DNA of 64,000 bases from Eledone cirrhosa (Eukaryota). Position 1 is the first letter of the stretch. Each line of letters begins with the position of its first letter. The DNA is taken from the NCBI GenBank assembly GCA_964016885.1, contig OZ024743.1, positions 254,572,001 through 254,636,000 on the forward strand. The letters run 5' to 3'. The notes beneath the pieces were generated by a model that was given only the letters and a program-made list of their open reading frames with translations, was not told the DNA's origin and did not search any database. Position numbers and translations under genes: made by a program. This document shows positions 13,408 to 26,959 of this stretch, in pieces.

Positions 13408-16391
13408 ATCATCATCATCATCATTTTACGTCCGCTTTTCCCTGCTTGCAAGGGTGGGACGGGTCTTATTCAGCACAGCATCTCTCCACTCGTCACGGTC
13501 CTTCGTCATCTCCACCGTGAGCTTCAATGATCTGAGATCTGTTCTGACCACCTCCGCCCATGTTTTTTGTGATCTACCTCTACCACGTCTTCCTTCAACT
13601 GGCATTTCCTGGCACTTCTTCACCCATCGGTCATCCTCCATGCGCATCACGTGTCCATACCACCTTAGTCTCCTCTCCCGTACACTACATTCTATCCATC
13701 TCAGACACAGTTTCTCTCTCAACACATTTATGCTGGGTCATTCACGCACATTTACACTGCACATCCAACGGAGCATGCTTGCCTCATTTCTCTCCAGCCA
13801 TCGCATATCCTCTGCAGTTGCTGCCCATGTGTCACTACCATGCAGCATCACGCACCTCACACAGGCATCATACAACCGGCCTTTCGTACGCAGGGAGAAA
13901 CCTTTCTTCGTCCACAGAGGAAGCAGCTCCCTAAACTTCTTCCAACCGGTCCTTATTCTAGATACTATGGCCTCGGAACACCCTCCTCCCATGCTAATCT
14001 GATCTCCTAAGTACCAGAAGCTATCCACCACTTCTATAGCGCTCTACTGCATTTAAAAAATATGTCTATCAATGTGACTTCTACTGTCTAATTTCCCTGT
14101 ACATCTACTGCATACATATTTCTCGCTACCTGTTAGTTTGCCTGCTATCCCGCTACATCTCTTGTGTACCCAGGATCTGCATTGTGTGCATTTTATAGAA
14201 TTTATGCCAGTTCCTTTTCTGCATATCAAACATGGCCATTTCCCTAACGGAATCAGAGTTTTGTCCTCTTTTCTACTCATCAACACTTTTGTCTTAGCTA
14301 GGTTCACTCTCAGTCCTCTTGCTTCCAACTGCTGTTTCCATAGCCAGAATTTATTCTCTAGCTCCTCTACTGATTTTGCTATAAGAACCAGATCGTCAGC
14401 ATAGAGAAGTTCCCATGGGCAGCCAGTCTTAAACCCCTCTGTTATGGCTTGGAGGACTATAATGAACAAGAGAGGGCTGAGGACCGAACCTTGATGTACT
14501 CCTACTTGTATCTGGAATTCCTCACTAAACTCCATTCCTACCCTGACTTTACTGAGAGTACCTCTGTACAAAGTTTGCACTGTCCTCACAAGCCATTCCT
14601 CAACACCTAGCTTCCTTAGGGACCACCAGATGACAGATCAGGGTACCCTATCAATGGCCTTCTCTAGGTCAAAAAAGGCTAAGTATAGTGGCTTATTTTT
14701 CTCTAAGAACCTCTCTTGCAATTGTCTCACCAAGAAGAGGGCATCTGTTGAACTCTTCCCAGGCACAAAACCAAACTGCATCTCATCTAGTTTGACCCTT
14801 TCTCTAATTAGTTGTGCTAATATCCTTTCTGCCACTTTCATAACCTTATCTATCAGTTTTATACCCCTATAATTGCTCCTCTCCAGAGCATCCCCTTTAC
14901 CTTTGTAGCAATTTATGAGAATACTGCTGCACCAGTCTTTGGGTATGACACCACCATATATAGCCTGATTGATGATGCGTGCAACCAGTTTAGTGCCTAC
15001 GTCCCGTGATGCCTTCAGCATCTCAGCAACTATTCCCGATGGTCCAGCAGCCTTACCATTTTTCATTTCCCTAATCGCCTCTTGGAATCTATATTCGTCA
15101 ATCTCAATAGCTGGTCCCTCTGTCAGATCTACTAAGGGTAATTTCTGACAGTAAATTCGTGACACTAAGTACACCGGCGTCATCCCGGACACATTTATCG
15201 CCAACAACATCCTGATTTGCATTGACACACAGCCTTGCAATGTGGAACACCGCACGCCTCTGATCTTCCCATCGCAGAACATTGGCAAACCTCCTACTCT
15301 CCGCCTCCCTGCATGCTAAGTACACCTGACGTCTAGCTTCTCTCTTAGTGGCTGTATATTCTTGCCTACTCCCACCCTTTTTCCAAGTCTTCCATGCTAG
15401 TTTTTTGTCTCTAATGGCCTTATCTACTGTGCTGTTCCACCACCAGGTCACTCTCTGTCTGGTTGGAGCTCTGCTCCAGCCACAAGTTTCGTCAGTAGCC
15501 TGCAGCAAGTTGTCACGTAGGAAATTCCAGTTATTATCTATGTAATACGTCTCTAAATCGTCTTATTTTTCGTCATATACATCTTGAAGGGCTTTCCTAA
15601 ATTTGTATTTTAGTGAAAGGTCTTTTAGCTTCCAGACCTTTCTTCTCCACACCTTCCTATATGTCTCATTCCATCTCTTGCTTACTGAGATATCACTAAC
15701 GACTAACCTATGCTGTGGGGTACATTCTTCCCCAGGGTATGCCTTGCTATTAGACACTATCTGCCTGTCCCACTGCCTAACTAGTAAGAAGTCAATCTGG
15801 CTTATGTGCTCACCAGATTTGTAGGTTATTAGGTGATTGGCAGGTTTCTGGAAGTTTGTGTTGCAAATAGTGAATGTACCTGCATCACAAAATTCTCACT
15901 CCTTCTTCATTTCTTGAGCCGTAACCGTGTCCACCATGTACCCCAGTGTAGCCATCCTGGAGCTGTCCAACATGACCATTGAAGTCTCCTGCTAGCATAA
16001 CGATGTCTCCGTCCTCTGTCATTGCGGTTGTTTGTAAAAGTTGCTCGTAAAAGCAGTCTTTCTCATCTTTGCTTAGGCCTGCTTGGGGAGCATAGGCCGA
16101 GATGATTATCAGTAGTCTCCTGACTACAACTAATCTAAGCTTAATTATTCGATTACTAACTCCAACTACCTCTATTGTCTTATTGATCCATTTCTCAGCC
16201 AGGAAAATACCTACTCCCCCTAACCCATCATACTTACCTACCCAGAATAGCTTATAGCTAAGACGTTTGCCTACGACTAGTCTCGCAGAGGCACCTTTCC
16301 ATCTCACCTCTTGCATGTAGCACACATCCACTTGCCTTCTCTCCAGCAACTCCGCTATTTCAGCAGATCTACCTCTGAGAGTGTCAACATT
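13408..16391 (-). mobile_element. RTE LINE family B, decayed near-full-length copy
   Basis: Colinear ORF fragments 15885..16460 (APE: QEVRW, GDFNGHVG), 15104..15508, 14638..15288, 14053..14589 (YADD + Cys finger), 13738..14031, 13426..13725; short 3' UTR and (GAT)n tail. Confidence 0.93.
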
Positions 16392-16596
16392 AGGTGTTGC
16401 AACGTCTTCATATTTTGTTGTTGCTCCTTTTTGTTGCTGTGCTGATAAGCGTTTTGGCATTGATACACTGGTTGGATTACCTTCCTAACACCAGCGCTAC
16501 TTTACAGCATGCACTGGGTGCTTATATTTGTGCCACCAGCACTAGAGAGGATGTCTTATTAGACTCAAGGGCCCTCTCTAACTATATGTGTATAAA

Positions 16597-16659
<63 letters not shown>

Positions 16660-16693
16660 ATGTATGTAAGTATGTATATATATATGTATATAT

Positions 16694-16760
<67 letters not shown>

Positions 16761-17138
16761 CATGTGTATGGATGTATATATATATGTATGCATGTATGTA
16801 TATGTATATATATATATGTATATATATATGTATATATGTGTATGCATATATATATATTTACATATATATACATACAGGCACACATATATATATGCACGTA
16901 TCAGTTTACCGAACATTTATTATAATGTTCGCTTTGTTCGTTTGTAAACAAACGAACAGCCTGATTTACGCCGTACAGTGTTTAGGCAACCACGTCACCT
17001 TTTTGTTCAACAAGTTTTGTTCAAGTAAGTGCCGTAAAAGAGTGAGAAATGAAATTTCGTTTCATTCTATTCCATTTATGTTTATATATATATGTATATA
17101 TATATATGTATATATATATATATGTATATATATATATG

Positions 17139-17185
<47 letters not shown>

Positions 17186-17190
17186 GTATG

Positions 17191-17259
<69 letters not shown>

Positions 17260-17408
17260 GTATATATATATATGTATGTATATATGTATATATATATATG
17301 TATGTATATATATATATATGTATGGATATATATATATGTATGGATATATATATATATGTATGTATATATGTATATATATATATGTACGTATGTATATATG
17401 TATATTAT

Positions 17409-18015
17409 GTCAGGTCACCAGTTGGTGCTATTGGTAACATGTATCCCATTACAACCTGTCTCATGGTCGTGTCGTTGGCAACTAAACTGGCAACCCCACC
17501 AAGGTTTCTTGGTGAGGAGGGTGACTTTGGACATCCTGCAGGACTAAAAACAAAACCTGTCAAAGGGCAAAGGAGCTCTTAAGAGATAATGGCCATCCAA
17601 AATCACCGGGAGAGATGACCCCTTCGCCTTTGCCAAGGCAGAATTCTAGGAGAAGGAACACTCTGATATAACACCTGCAACTCTGATGGTATCCAATGAT
17701 GTTGACTTGTTCTTCTTTTTGGTAAAATCATCTTGGTTAAGAGAGTGGGACTGGCTTTGTGCAGTGCCTTTGCTCACTATAAAAGCTTCACGACACAGGC
17801 ATTGCTTTATATCTGGAGATCTCCCTGCACTTGTCGTAACATGGTATCATGGGCCCAGCACTATGTCTCAATAATTGTCACTAGTGTAGTGTTTGTACCA
17901 GAGTTTTCAAGTCGCTGGCTGGACTAAAAAGTCACACTCGTTCAGCGCATCGGTAGGGGTTCTCCAACATAGATATAAAGTAGTGGACGTACTCGAAAAA
18001 GAGTTGGCACCCACC
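17409..18015 (+). mobile_element. Unit B: probable RTE/RTEX 5' UTR-derived repeat (copy 1 of 3)
   Basis: Motifs GTCGTTGGC(G)ACTAAA and CTAGGAGAAGGAAAACTCTGA resemble RTE leaders from memory; no coding potential; copies are highly similar. Confidence 0.55.
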
Positions 18016-18102
18016 ATATATGTATATATATATATGTATGTATATATGTATGTATATATATGTATATATATATATATGTGTATATATATATATATGTATA
18101 TA

Positions 18103-18147
<45 letters not shown>

Positions 18148-18369
18148 GTATATATATATGTATATATAAATGTAAGTATGTATGTACACGGACATATATG
18201 TATACAGACGTACAGTAGCATGCATACATATATATATGCACGTATCAGTTTACCGAACATTTATTATAATGTTCCCTTTGTTCGTTTGTAAACAAACGGA
18301 CAGCCTGATTTACGCCGTACAGTGTTTAGGCAACCACGTCACCTTTTTGTTCAACACTGACACAGGAAG

Positions 18370-18408
18370 GATGTACTAGTTTCAAGCTTGTTAGCTATCG
18401 TCAGCACC
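18370..18408 (-). ncRNA. Minimal type I hammerhead ribozyme motif, intact core
   Basis: Minus strand GGTG-CTGACGA-T-AGCT AACA AGCT-T-GAA-ACTAGT-A-CATC: 4-bp stem I (one G-U), palindromic stem III, GUA triplet. Confidence 0.78.
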
Positions 18409-18976
18409 GTATACCTTTCTGCCAGATGGTTGGACGTCCGAAAGTATATACTTTCCTTATGAAATTTAACGGCTGAGCAGCCTAATTTGCATATCGAGTG
18501 AGTTCATTCGGCCAGGCGCACCGAAAACGATAAATGGAATAGAATGAAACGAAATTTCATTTCTCACTCTTAGTACGGCACTTACTTAAATGTAAGTATG
18601 TATGTACATGTACATACATATATGTATACAGACGTACAGTAGCATGCATACATATATATTTACATATATATACATACAGGCACACATATATATATGCACG
18701 TATCAGTTTACCGAACATTTATTATAATGTTCGCTTTGTTCGTTTGTTTACAAACGAACAGCCTGATTTACGCCGTACAGTGTTTAGGCAATCACGTCAC
18801 CTTTTTGTTCAACAAGTTTTGTTCAAGTAAGTGCCGTAAAAGAGTTAGAAATGAAATTTCATTTCATTCTATTCCATTTATGTATATATATATGTATATA
18901 TATATATATGTATATATATATATGTATATATATATATGTATGTATATATGTGTATGTATATATATGTATATATATG

Positions 18977-19017
<41 letters not shown>

Positions 19018-20022
19018 GTATGTATGTATGTATATATATGTATGTATATATGTATATATATATATGTGTGTATGTATATATATGTATGTATATATGTATA
19101 TATATATATGTATGTATATATGTATATATATATATGTATGTATATATATATGTATGTATATATATATATGTATGTATATATGTATATATATATATATGTA
19201 TGTATATATGTATATATGTATATATATATATATGTATGTATCTATATATGTATATATATATATGTATGTATGTATATATGTATATTATGTCAGGTCACCA
19301 GTTGGTGCTATTGGTAACATGTATCCCATTACAACCTGTCTCATGGTCGTGTCGTTGGTGACTAAACTGGCAACCCCACCAAGGTTTCTTGGTGAGGAGG
19401 GTGACTTTGGACATCCTGCAGGACTAAAAACAAAACCTGTCAAAGGGCAAAGGAGCACTTAAGAGACAATGGCCATCCAAAATCACCGGGAGAGATGACC
19501 CCTTCGCCTTTGCCAAGGCAGAATTCTAGGAGAAGGAAAACTCTGATATAACACCTGCAACTCTGATGGTATCCAATGATGTTGACTTGTTCTTCTTTTT
19601 GGTAAAATCATCTTGGTTAAGAGAGTTGGACTGGCTTTGTGCAGTGCCTTTGCTCACTATAAAAGCTTCACGGCACAGGCATTGCTTTATATCTGGAGAT
19701 CTCCCTGCACTTGTCGTCACATGGTACCATGGGCCCAGCAGTATGTGTCAATAATTGTCACAAGTGTAGTGTGTATAACAGAGTTTTCAAGTCACTGGCT
19801 GGATTAAAAAGTCACACTCTTTCAGCGCATCGGTAGGGGTTCTCCTACATGGATATAAAGTAGTGGACTTACTCGAAAAAGAGTTGGCACCCACCATATA
19901 TGTATATATATATATGTATGTATATATGTATGTATATATATGTATATATATATGTATATATATATGTATATCTATATATGTATATATGTGTATATATGTA
20001 TATATATGCATGTATGTATATG

Positions 20023-20053
<31 letters not shown>

Positions 20054-20203
20054 GTATGAATGTATATATATATATAGTATACTAGGGAGAGGATCAGGGG
20101 TGTATAACACTCCACTTATCCAGCAGGCAGTCCCACTTATAGTGCGGATGAAACAATGTTAGCAAGTAAAGATATGCATATGCTATAGGCGTTCTTTGTT
20201 ATT

Positions 20204-20242
<39 letters not shown>

Positions 20243-20328
20243 TATAGATATATATATATATATGTATGAATGTATATATATATATATGTATATATATCTA
20301 TATATATGTATATATATATGTATGAATG

Positions 20329-20369
<41 letters not shown>

Positions 20370-20408
20370 GGATGTATGTATATGTATGTATCTATATGTA
20401 TATATATG

Positions 20409-20455
<47 letters not shown>

Positions 20456-20698
20456 GTATATACATGTATGTATATATATATATATGTATATATATATGTA
20501 TATATGTATGTATGTATATGTGTATGTAAGTATATATGTATGTATATATGTATATATGTATGTATGTATATATGTATGTATGTATATATGTATGTATATG
20601 TATATATGTATGTATATGTATATATGTATGTATATATGTATGTATATATATATGTATGTATGTATGTATATATATATATGTATGTATATATATATATG

Positions 20699-20730
<32 letters not shown>

Positions 20731-20888
20731 TATGTATGTATATATATATATATATATATATTGACCCCCCAGTAGCCTCTGTCTCACAGCATGAAACGCC
20801 ACATCCTTTCTCTGGCCCAGCAGTCCAATCATCACCACTGCCAACATCTCTGCCTACTACTACTACTACAACATTTTTGTCTACTGCT

Positions 20889-21494
20889 ATGGCAAGGAAT
20901 TTACCTTCTAATACCAGTACAAGAACTCTCCCTCCCACAGTCCACAAAGGTCGTCAAATCCTACCCAAACCATCATCTACACCTCTCACAACACACACAC
21001 CCACATACCCACCCACTCGAAACCCCATCATTTGCCGCTACTCTCTACGCTATATAATATGTACGGATAGTGTCTGCAAATTCACCCATTTACCTAGGAC
21101 AAAACGATCTATCCCCACAAACAGCCACCACCATAATACATACTCTAATTTAACACCAACACAACCACCAATAACTCAAACAAGGAATCCACAAATCTGC
21201 CGTTTTTCCCTGCGAGACAGATTGTGTTTAGACCGGAATTGTCCCTTTACCCATCTCCCGGGGACCCGTCGGACAAATGAAAATAAAATTAAAAATAAAA
21301 GCAAAAACAAAAACCATAACCTACATAAAAATAAACACTACCACAGTCACCAACAGTCTTCTAAACAGGAAACTTCTTCCTCTTTTTTAGCCATAATGAA
21401 TCTGGCAAAAGAACTGGAAAAAAACATTCGAGCTATCACCCAGCACCACCCTCCACTATCACCCCACTGCACAAACTCCCATTGCTGCCATTAA
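20889..21494 (+). CDS. LINE ORF1-like protein with two CCCH zinc fingers
   Basis: Non-microsatellite part of ORF 20196..21494: [19 protein letters not shown] and [19 protein letters not shown]; true start uncertain. Confidence 0.6.
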   Translation: MARNLPSNTSTRTLPPTVHKGRQILPKPSSTPLTTHTPTYPPTRNPIICRYSLRYIICTDSVCKFTHLPRTKRSIPTNSHHHNTYSNLTPTQPPITQTRNPQICRFSLRDRLCLDRNCPFTHLPGTRRTNENKIKNKSKNKNHNLHKNKHYHSHQQSSKQETSSSFLAIMNLAKELEKNIRAITQHHPPLSPHCTNSHCCH

Positions 21495-24400
21495 CAAACA
21501 AACAAATTAACAACACACCAAAACAATTAAAACCATCCACTCTCGCCTCTACATTTTTGCTTAACGCCCAAGGCATCAGCCCTTCCACCAATACTCAAAA
21601 ATGGAAGATCAAATTCCTGGAGGACTGGATTGATGTCCATCCAAACCACATCCCTTTCTTCGTCCTCACTGAAACCCATCTCAGTAACCTCCACTTGGAA
21701 GCCGAGGTGAAAGTGAAAAATTTCAAAGCCATCCGTGCTGATCGCGCTGGCAGAAGAAAGGGCGGAACTGCCATTTATGTCCATAATTCTTTCTCAACAG
21801 AGGCTATGAACATATTCACTAATGGATACTGTGAAGCAGTCACTGTATTCAGTCAAACCAACAACCTATTAGTAGTTGGGCTCTATAGGCCACCCCAAAC
21901 GCCTGTACCATGCTTCAAGGAATGCCTCAACAGCATAAAGTGTTTCATCCAAGAGTGTCACCCTGACAACATCTTAATGATGGGGGACTTCAACCTCCCC
22001 GGAGTTGACTGGTCCACAAACAGCCTGCCACCAGGTTCTTCTGCCTCAACCTCTGACAGGGAAGCTGTGGAATCGCTTCTTGACTTCATGGATGATTTCT
22101 TCCTATCCCAACTGGTGCTCGAACCAACGAGGTGCCACAAAAACGTCCTAGACTTAATTTTCAGCAATCACACTGACAATATCCACAATATTGCAGTGGA
22201 GAAAACTCTACTCTCTGATCATGACATGGTTCTCTGTGATCTGAGATTCCACCGTCCAATATACAAACCCAATGTCATCTCTCCTGTCCATCCGTTTGAC
22301 GCTATGGATTTCCACAATGCAAACTGGGAAGCGATCAGTCATGATCTTGCACATGTCGACTGGTCCTTCACGCACACTCATACACCCACTAACATCAAAA
22401 AGTCCTGGCAGACATTTGTGGACACTGTTACAAACATATGTGCTAAACACACCCCATTAAGAACTATAAAAAAATCTAAGAGCAGAATCCCTAGAAATAG
22501 AAAAACGCTCATCAGAAAAATTAAGAGAACGAACAAAAAAATCAACAAGCTGAAATACTGTCAGCAGCAACACATCAACTTGACTGCCATTTCATCACTA
22601 GAGATTAAAAAACATAACCTCCAAAACAACATAATGTCCCTCATCAACAATCAGAGAAGAGCTGAAGAGGCCTGGGCCATTGAGAAGATCAAACTCAATC
22701 CCAAAGTGTTCTTTTCATTTGCAAAAAAACACAAAATCACTGGCTCTACTGTTGGCCCTCTAATTGATGAAAATGGCACTCTTCAAGACAATGCTAAAAC
22801 CATGGGTGAGATACTGCAGAAACAATACTGCTCTGTTTTCAGCAATCCTGATATGGCCGATCTGGGCTGAATCGGCGATGTTACTCCCCATTACACCTTA
22901 TCGGACATAACGTTTGGCGCCCCTGATGTCTTGGCGGCAATAAAGGAAATCAAGCATAATTCAGCAGTAGGTCCCGATAGGTTCCCTGCTTGTGTCTTGA
23001 AGGCGTGTCAACACCAACTTGCATCTCCTCTTGCCAATCTGTGGCGGAACTCACTGGATGCTGGATATGTGCCAGAAAACCTTCTATCCCAGTCTGTTGT
23101 CCCAGTTTTCAAAAAGGGAAACAAATCCCTTGCCGTGAATTACCGTCCAATCTCACTCAGCTCTCATATCATTAAGGTATTTGAGCGAGTGGTGAGATCG
23201 CGAATGACCCACTTCCTTGAGAGTAACAATATGCTGAACTCCAACCAGCATGGATTCCGTAATGGAAGGGATTGCCTGACGCAGCTACTGCATCACTTTG
23301 ATGACATTTTGAGAGCCTTGGGAGAGGGTTCCAACACTGATGTTATCTACCTTGATTTCAGCAAGGCCTTTGACAGGGTTGATCATAACATTCTACTGAG
23401 AAAGCTGTCCAATATTGGTGTCACTGGAAAGCTGCTGCAGTGGATCAAGAGCTTCCTGTCAAACAGAACCCAACATGTTGTAGTTGAGGGAGTCAAATCA
23501 AGCCCAGCCAAAGTCAGTAGTGGGGTCCCACAAGGCACTGTGTTGGGCCCACTTCTCTTCATCATCTATATTAATGACATCACTGACATCATCAAACACA
23601 GCAACATAAAAATTTTCGCTGATGATTCCAAGCTCCAAAAGGTCATCAATGGCGTGGATGACCGGATAAGCCTTCAGTCAGACCTACTGGCTGTTACCCA
23701 ATGGGCAGAAAAGAACAACATGTTACTGAACGAAGACAAATTCGAACTGATCCACTTTGGAAAAGAGGATGCTCTGAAACTCCCGTACTCTCTTCCCTCC
23801 GGGGAAACTCTCGTGGCATCTAACAACATCAGAGACTTGGGAGTAACCGTGGACAGCAACATAAGCTGGACCACGCATATAAGCAGCAAAGTTGACATGG
23901 CCCGCAGAATGTGTTCCTGGATCCTCAGAACCTTCCAGTCGAGAGATTCCCGCACCATTATCCTTCTCTTCTCTACTTTCGCCCGACCACACCTTGAATA
24001 CTGTTGTCCACTGTGGTCTCCCCACACGAAACAAAGTATCATGAAACTTGAAGCTCCTCAAAGGGCAATCACGAAAAAGATAGATGGCATGTCAGACCTT
24101 GACTACTGGGGTCGATTAGAAAACCTGAAACTTTACTCACTCCAACGTCGCCGTGAGCGTTATATTATCTGCATGATGTGGAAAATGTTCCATCATCACT
24201 GCCCAAATGATGTTGGCATCGCCTTCAAGATACACCCAAGGCTTGGGCCCCGTGCTATCCGTCCCATTCAAAAATCTAAATCGCAACTCATAACAACAAT
24301 ACGGCACAATTATTTCACCTCAATCGGCCCTGCTCTCTTCAACATCACACCAGGACACGTCAAAACAGAAACTGACCACACAAAATTCAAGAAGTCTTTG

Positions 24401-24502
24401 GACAAATTCCTCCAAGTAATCCCGGACAAACCACCCACACCCGGATATGTCTCCGCAAACAGTAATTATCTTCTCGAATGGGCCATGGTGCCCAAATCCT
24501 GA
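21482..24502 (+). pseudogene. CR1-type ORF2 (AP endonuclease + reverse transcriptase) with a single in-frame TGA
   Basis: ORFs 21482..22870 (LTETHL, YRPP, GDFNLP, SDH) and 22931..24502 (YRPISL, YLDFSKAFD, GVPQGTVLGP, FADD, RPHLEYC) share one frame, separated only by TGA at 22868-22870. Confidence 0.92.
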
Positions 24503-24587
24503 ATTGAAAGACTTCGCCAGGTGGTGCTATTAAGTTAGACATGGCCTGGGCCAATACTGGCCAAAACATTTCAAAGTTATTCAAAGT

Positions 24588-24626
<39 letters not shown>

Positions 24627-25045
24627 ATATATATCTGGGAGAGATGACCCCTTAGCCTTTGTTAGGGCAGAATTCTAGGAGAAGGAAAACTCTTATATAA
24701 CACCTGCAACTCTGATGGTATCCAATGATGTTGACTTGTTCTTCTTTTTGGTAAATATCATCTTAGTTAAGAGAGTGGGACTGGCTTTGTGCAGTGCCTT
24801 TACTCACTATAAAAGCTTCACGGCACAGGCATTGCTTTATATCTGGAGATCTCTCTGCACTTGTCGTCACATGGTACCATGGGCCCAGCACTATGTGTCA
24901 ATAATTGTCACAAGTGTAGTGTGTGTAACAGAGTTTTCAAGTCACTGGCTGGATTAAAAAGTCACACTCTTTCAGCGCATCGGTAGGGGTTCTCCTACAT
25001 GGATATCAAGTAGTGGCCTTACTCGAAAACGAGTTGGCAGCCACC

Positions 25046-25098
25046 ATATATATATGTATATATGTGTGTGTGTATATATATATATATGTGTATATGTA

Positions 25099-25151
<53 letters not shown>

Positions 25152-25250
25152 GTATGTATGTGTGTATATATATATATGTGTATATATATATATGTGTGTG
25201 TATATATATATGTGTATATGTATATATATATATATTTGTATATGTATATA

Positions 25251-25307
<57 letters not shown>

Positions 25308-25416
25308 GTGTATATGTATATATGTGCGTATATATATCTATGTGTATATGTATATATGTGTGTATATATATATATATATATGTGTATATGTATATATATA
25401 TATATTTGTAAATGTA

Positions 25417-25457
<41 letters not shown>

Positions 25458-25636
25458 GTGTGTATGTATATATGTGTGTATATATATATGTGTGTATATG
25501 TATATATGTGTGTGTATATATATATATATGTGTGTGTATATATATATATGTGTTTATATATATATGTGTGTATATGTATATATGTGTGTATATATCTATA
25601 TATATATATGTGTATATATATATGTGTGTATATGTA

Positions 25637-25677
<41 letters not shown>

Positions 25678-25755
25678 ATATATATGTCTGTATATATATA
25701 TATATATGTGTATATGTATATGTGTGTATATATATATGTATATATATATATATAC
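25046..25755. repeat. Compound (TA)/(TG) microsatellite
   Basis: Read directly. Confidence 0.95.
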
Positions 25756-25903
25756 ACAGTCACCCAAACAAGAACACACATCAAACAAAACACTATACAC
25801 ACACGCAAACGCATGCGCAGAGAAGACAAAAAAATAAACAAATAAATAAACAGACTAAATAAAGATGGCGTTGGCATATAATGCAACGGGAGGAAACATA
25901 ATA

Positions 25904-25949
25904 GCACCACTGACGAAGTTGCAGATGTGCAACGAAAGAACTTTGATAC
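25904..25949 (+). ncRNA. Hammerhead ribozyme motif, decayed stems I and III
   Basis: GCACCA-CTGACGA-A-GTTGCA GATG TGCAAC-GAAA-GAACTT-TGATAC: perfect core and 6-bp stem II; stem I pairs 4/6. Confidence 0.6.
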
Positions 25950-26490
25950 ACTATATATATGTGTTTGTGTCTATATTGTATCTGTATTTTTGACCGTTCG
26001 TCAGTCAATGGTAACATTGAGGCCGAATGAATTAAATTAACCGAGATAAAAGACACAGAAGCGAAAACCAACCAAACAGTGGATGTGTTCTGTTATTAAT
26101 TCTGGCAATATTACACAAATATGACCCTCCCCAAGTATAACAATATTTGTTTCGACACAATTTCATATCAAAAACCTCGCAAAACTAATATATATATATA
26201 TGTGTGTGTATATATATATGTGTGTGTATATATGTGTGTGTGTGTATATATATGTGTGTATATATGGGTGTGTGTGTGTATATATGTATGTGTGTGTGTA
26301 TATATATGTGTATATATATATGTGTGTGTGTGTGTATACATATGTGTGCGTGTATATATATGTGTATATATGTGTGTGCATGTATATGTGTGTGGGTGTA
26401 TGTGTGTATATATATGTGTGTGGGTGTATATATATATGTGTGTGTGTATATATATATATATATATGTGTATATATATATGTATGTGTGTG

Positions 26491-26557
<67 letters not shown>

Positions 26558-26959
26558 GAGTCAGGGCCAGACTACAGAGCTCTTACTTTTTCAACAGTAA
26601 ACTCTTTCTAAAATAGTCACACTCTACTATCCCAAGTGTAGAGTACTCTATTGAACAATGGTCTAACTGGTTTAATCCTGATATATATGCATGTATAATG
26701 TGTGTGTGTGTGTGTAAAATATTTTCGGCGCGACTGAGTGAGTAGAAATGTTTTGAATGTTAATGTTAACTTAAAGTTAGTAGCTTCAACATACACTTCT
26801 GACTATGAAAATTAGTCTAATAAGATGAGCATATAAACCAGTGGAGATGGACAAAATGAGTACAGTGCAACTCGTGAGACTCAAGACTACACTTGCAATA
26901 TTGTGTTTCACTGTGCTAAACATTACACATTGCTGAACATTACATTTACTTCAACAGCA

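Larger units (their letters stand above)
16580..20080. repeat. Composite tandem array (about 1.8-1.9 kb period) of unit A, unit B and TA/TATG microsatellites
   Basis: Unit A starts at 16893, 18238 and 18696; unit B at 17409-18015 and 19289-19895 (offset 1880), with a third partial B at 24633-25045. Confidence 0.9.
20762..24590 (+). mobile_element. CR1-group LINE, near-intact, inserted in a TA microsatellite
   Basis: ORF1 remnant, then APE and RT; 3' hairpin GGCCA-ATAC-TGGCC (24549-24562) and tail (TTCAAAGTTA)2. Confidence 0.93.

Noticed and set aside
20115-20166. Hairpin followed by GAAACAATGTT-AGCAAG
   Set aside because: The 3' half looks hammerhead-like, but the core reads CAGCAGG and stem I pairs poorly.
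25990-26010. Minus-strand CTGACGA
   Set aside because: No stem II or GAAA follows.
12714-26616. Numerous long Y/I/M/C/V-rich ORFs
   Set aside because: Translations of stop-free (TA)/(TATG)/(TG) microsatellites, not genes.
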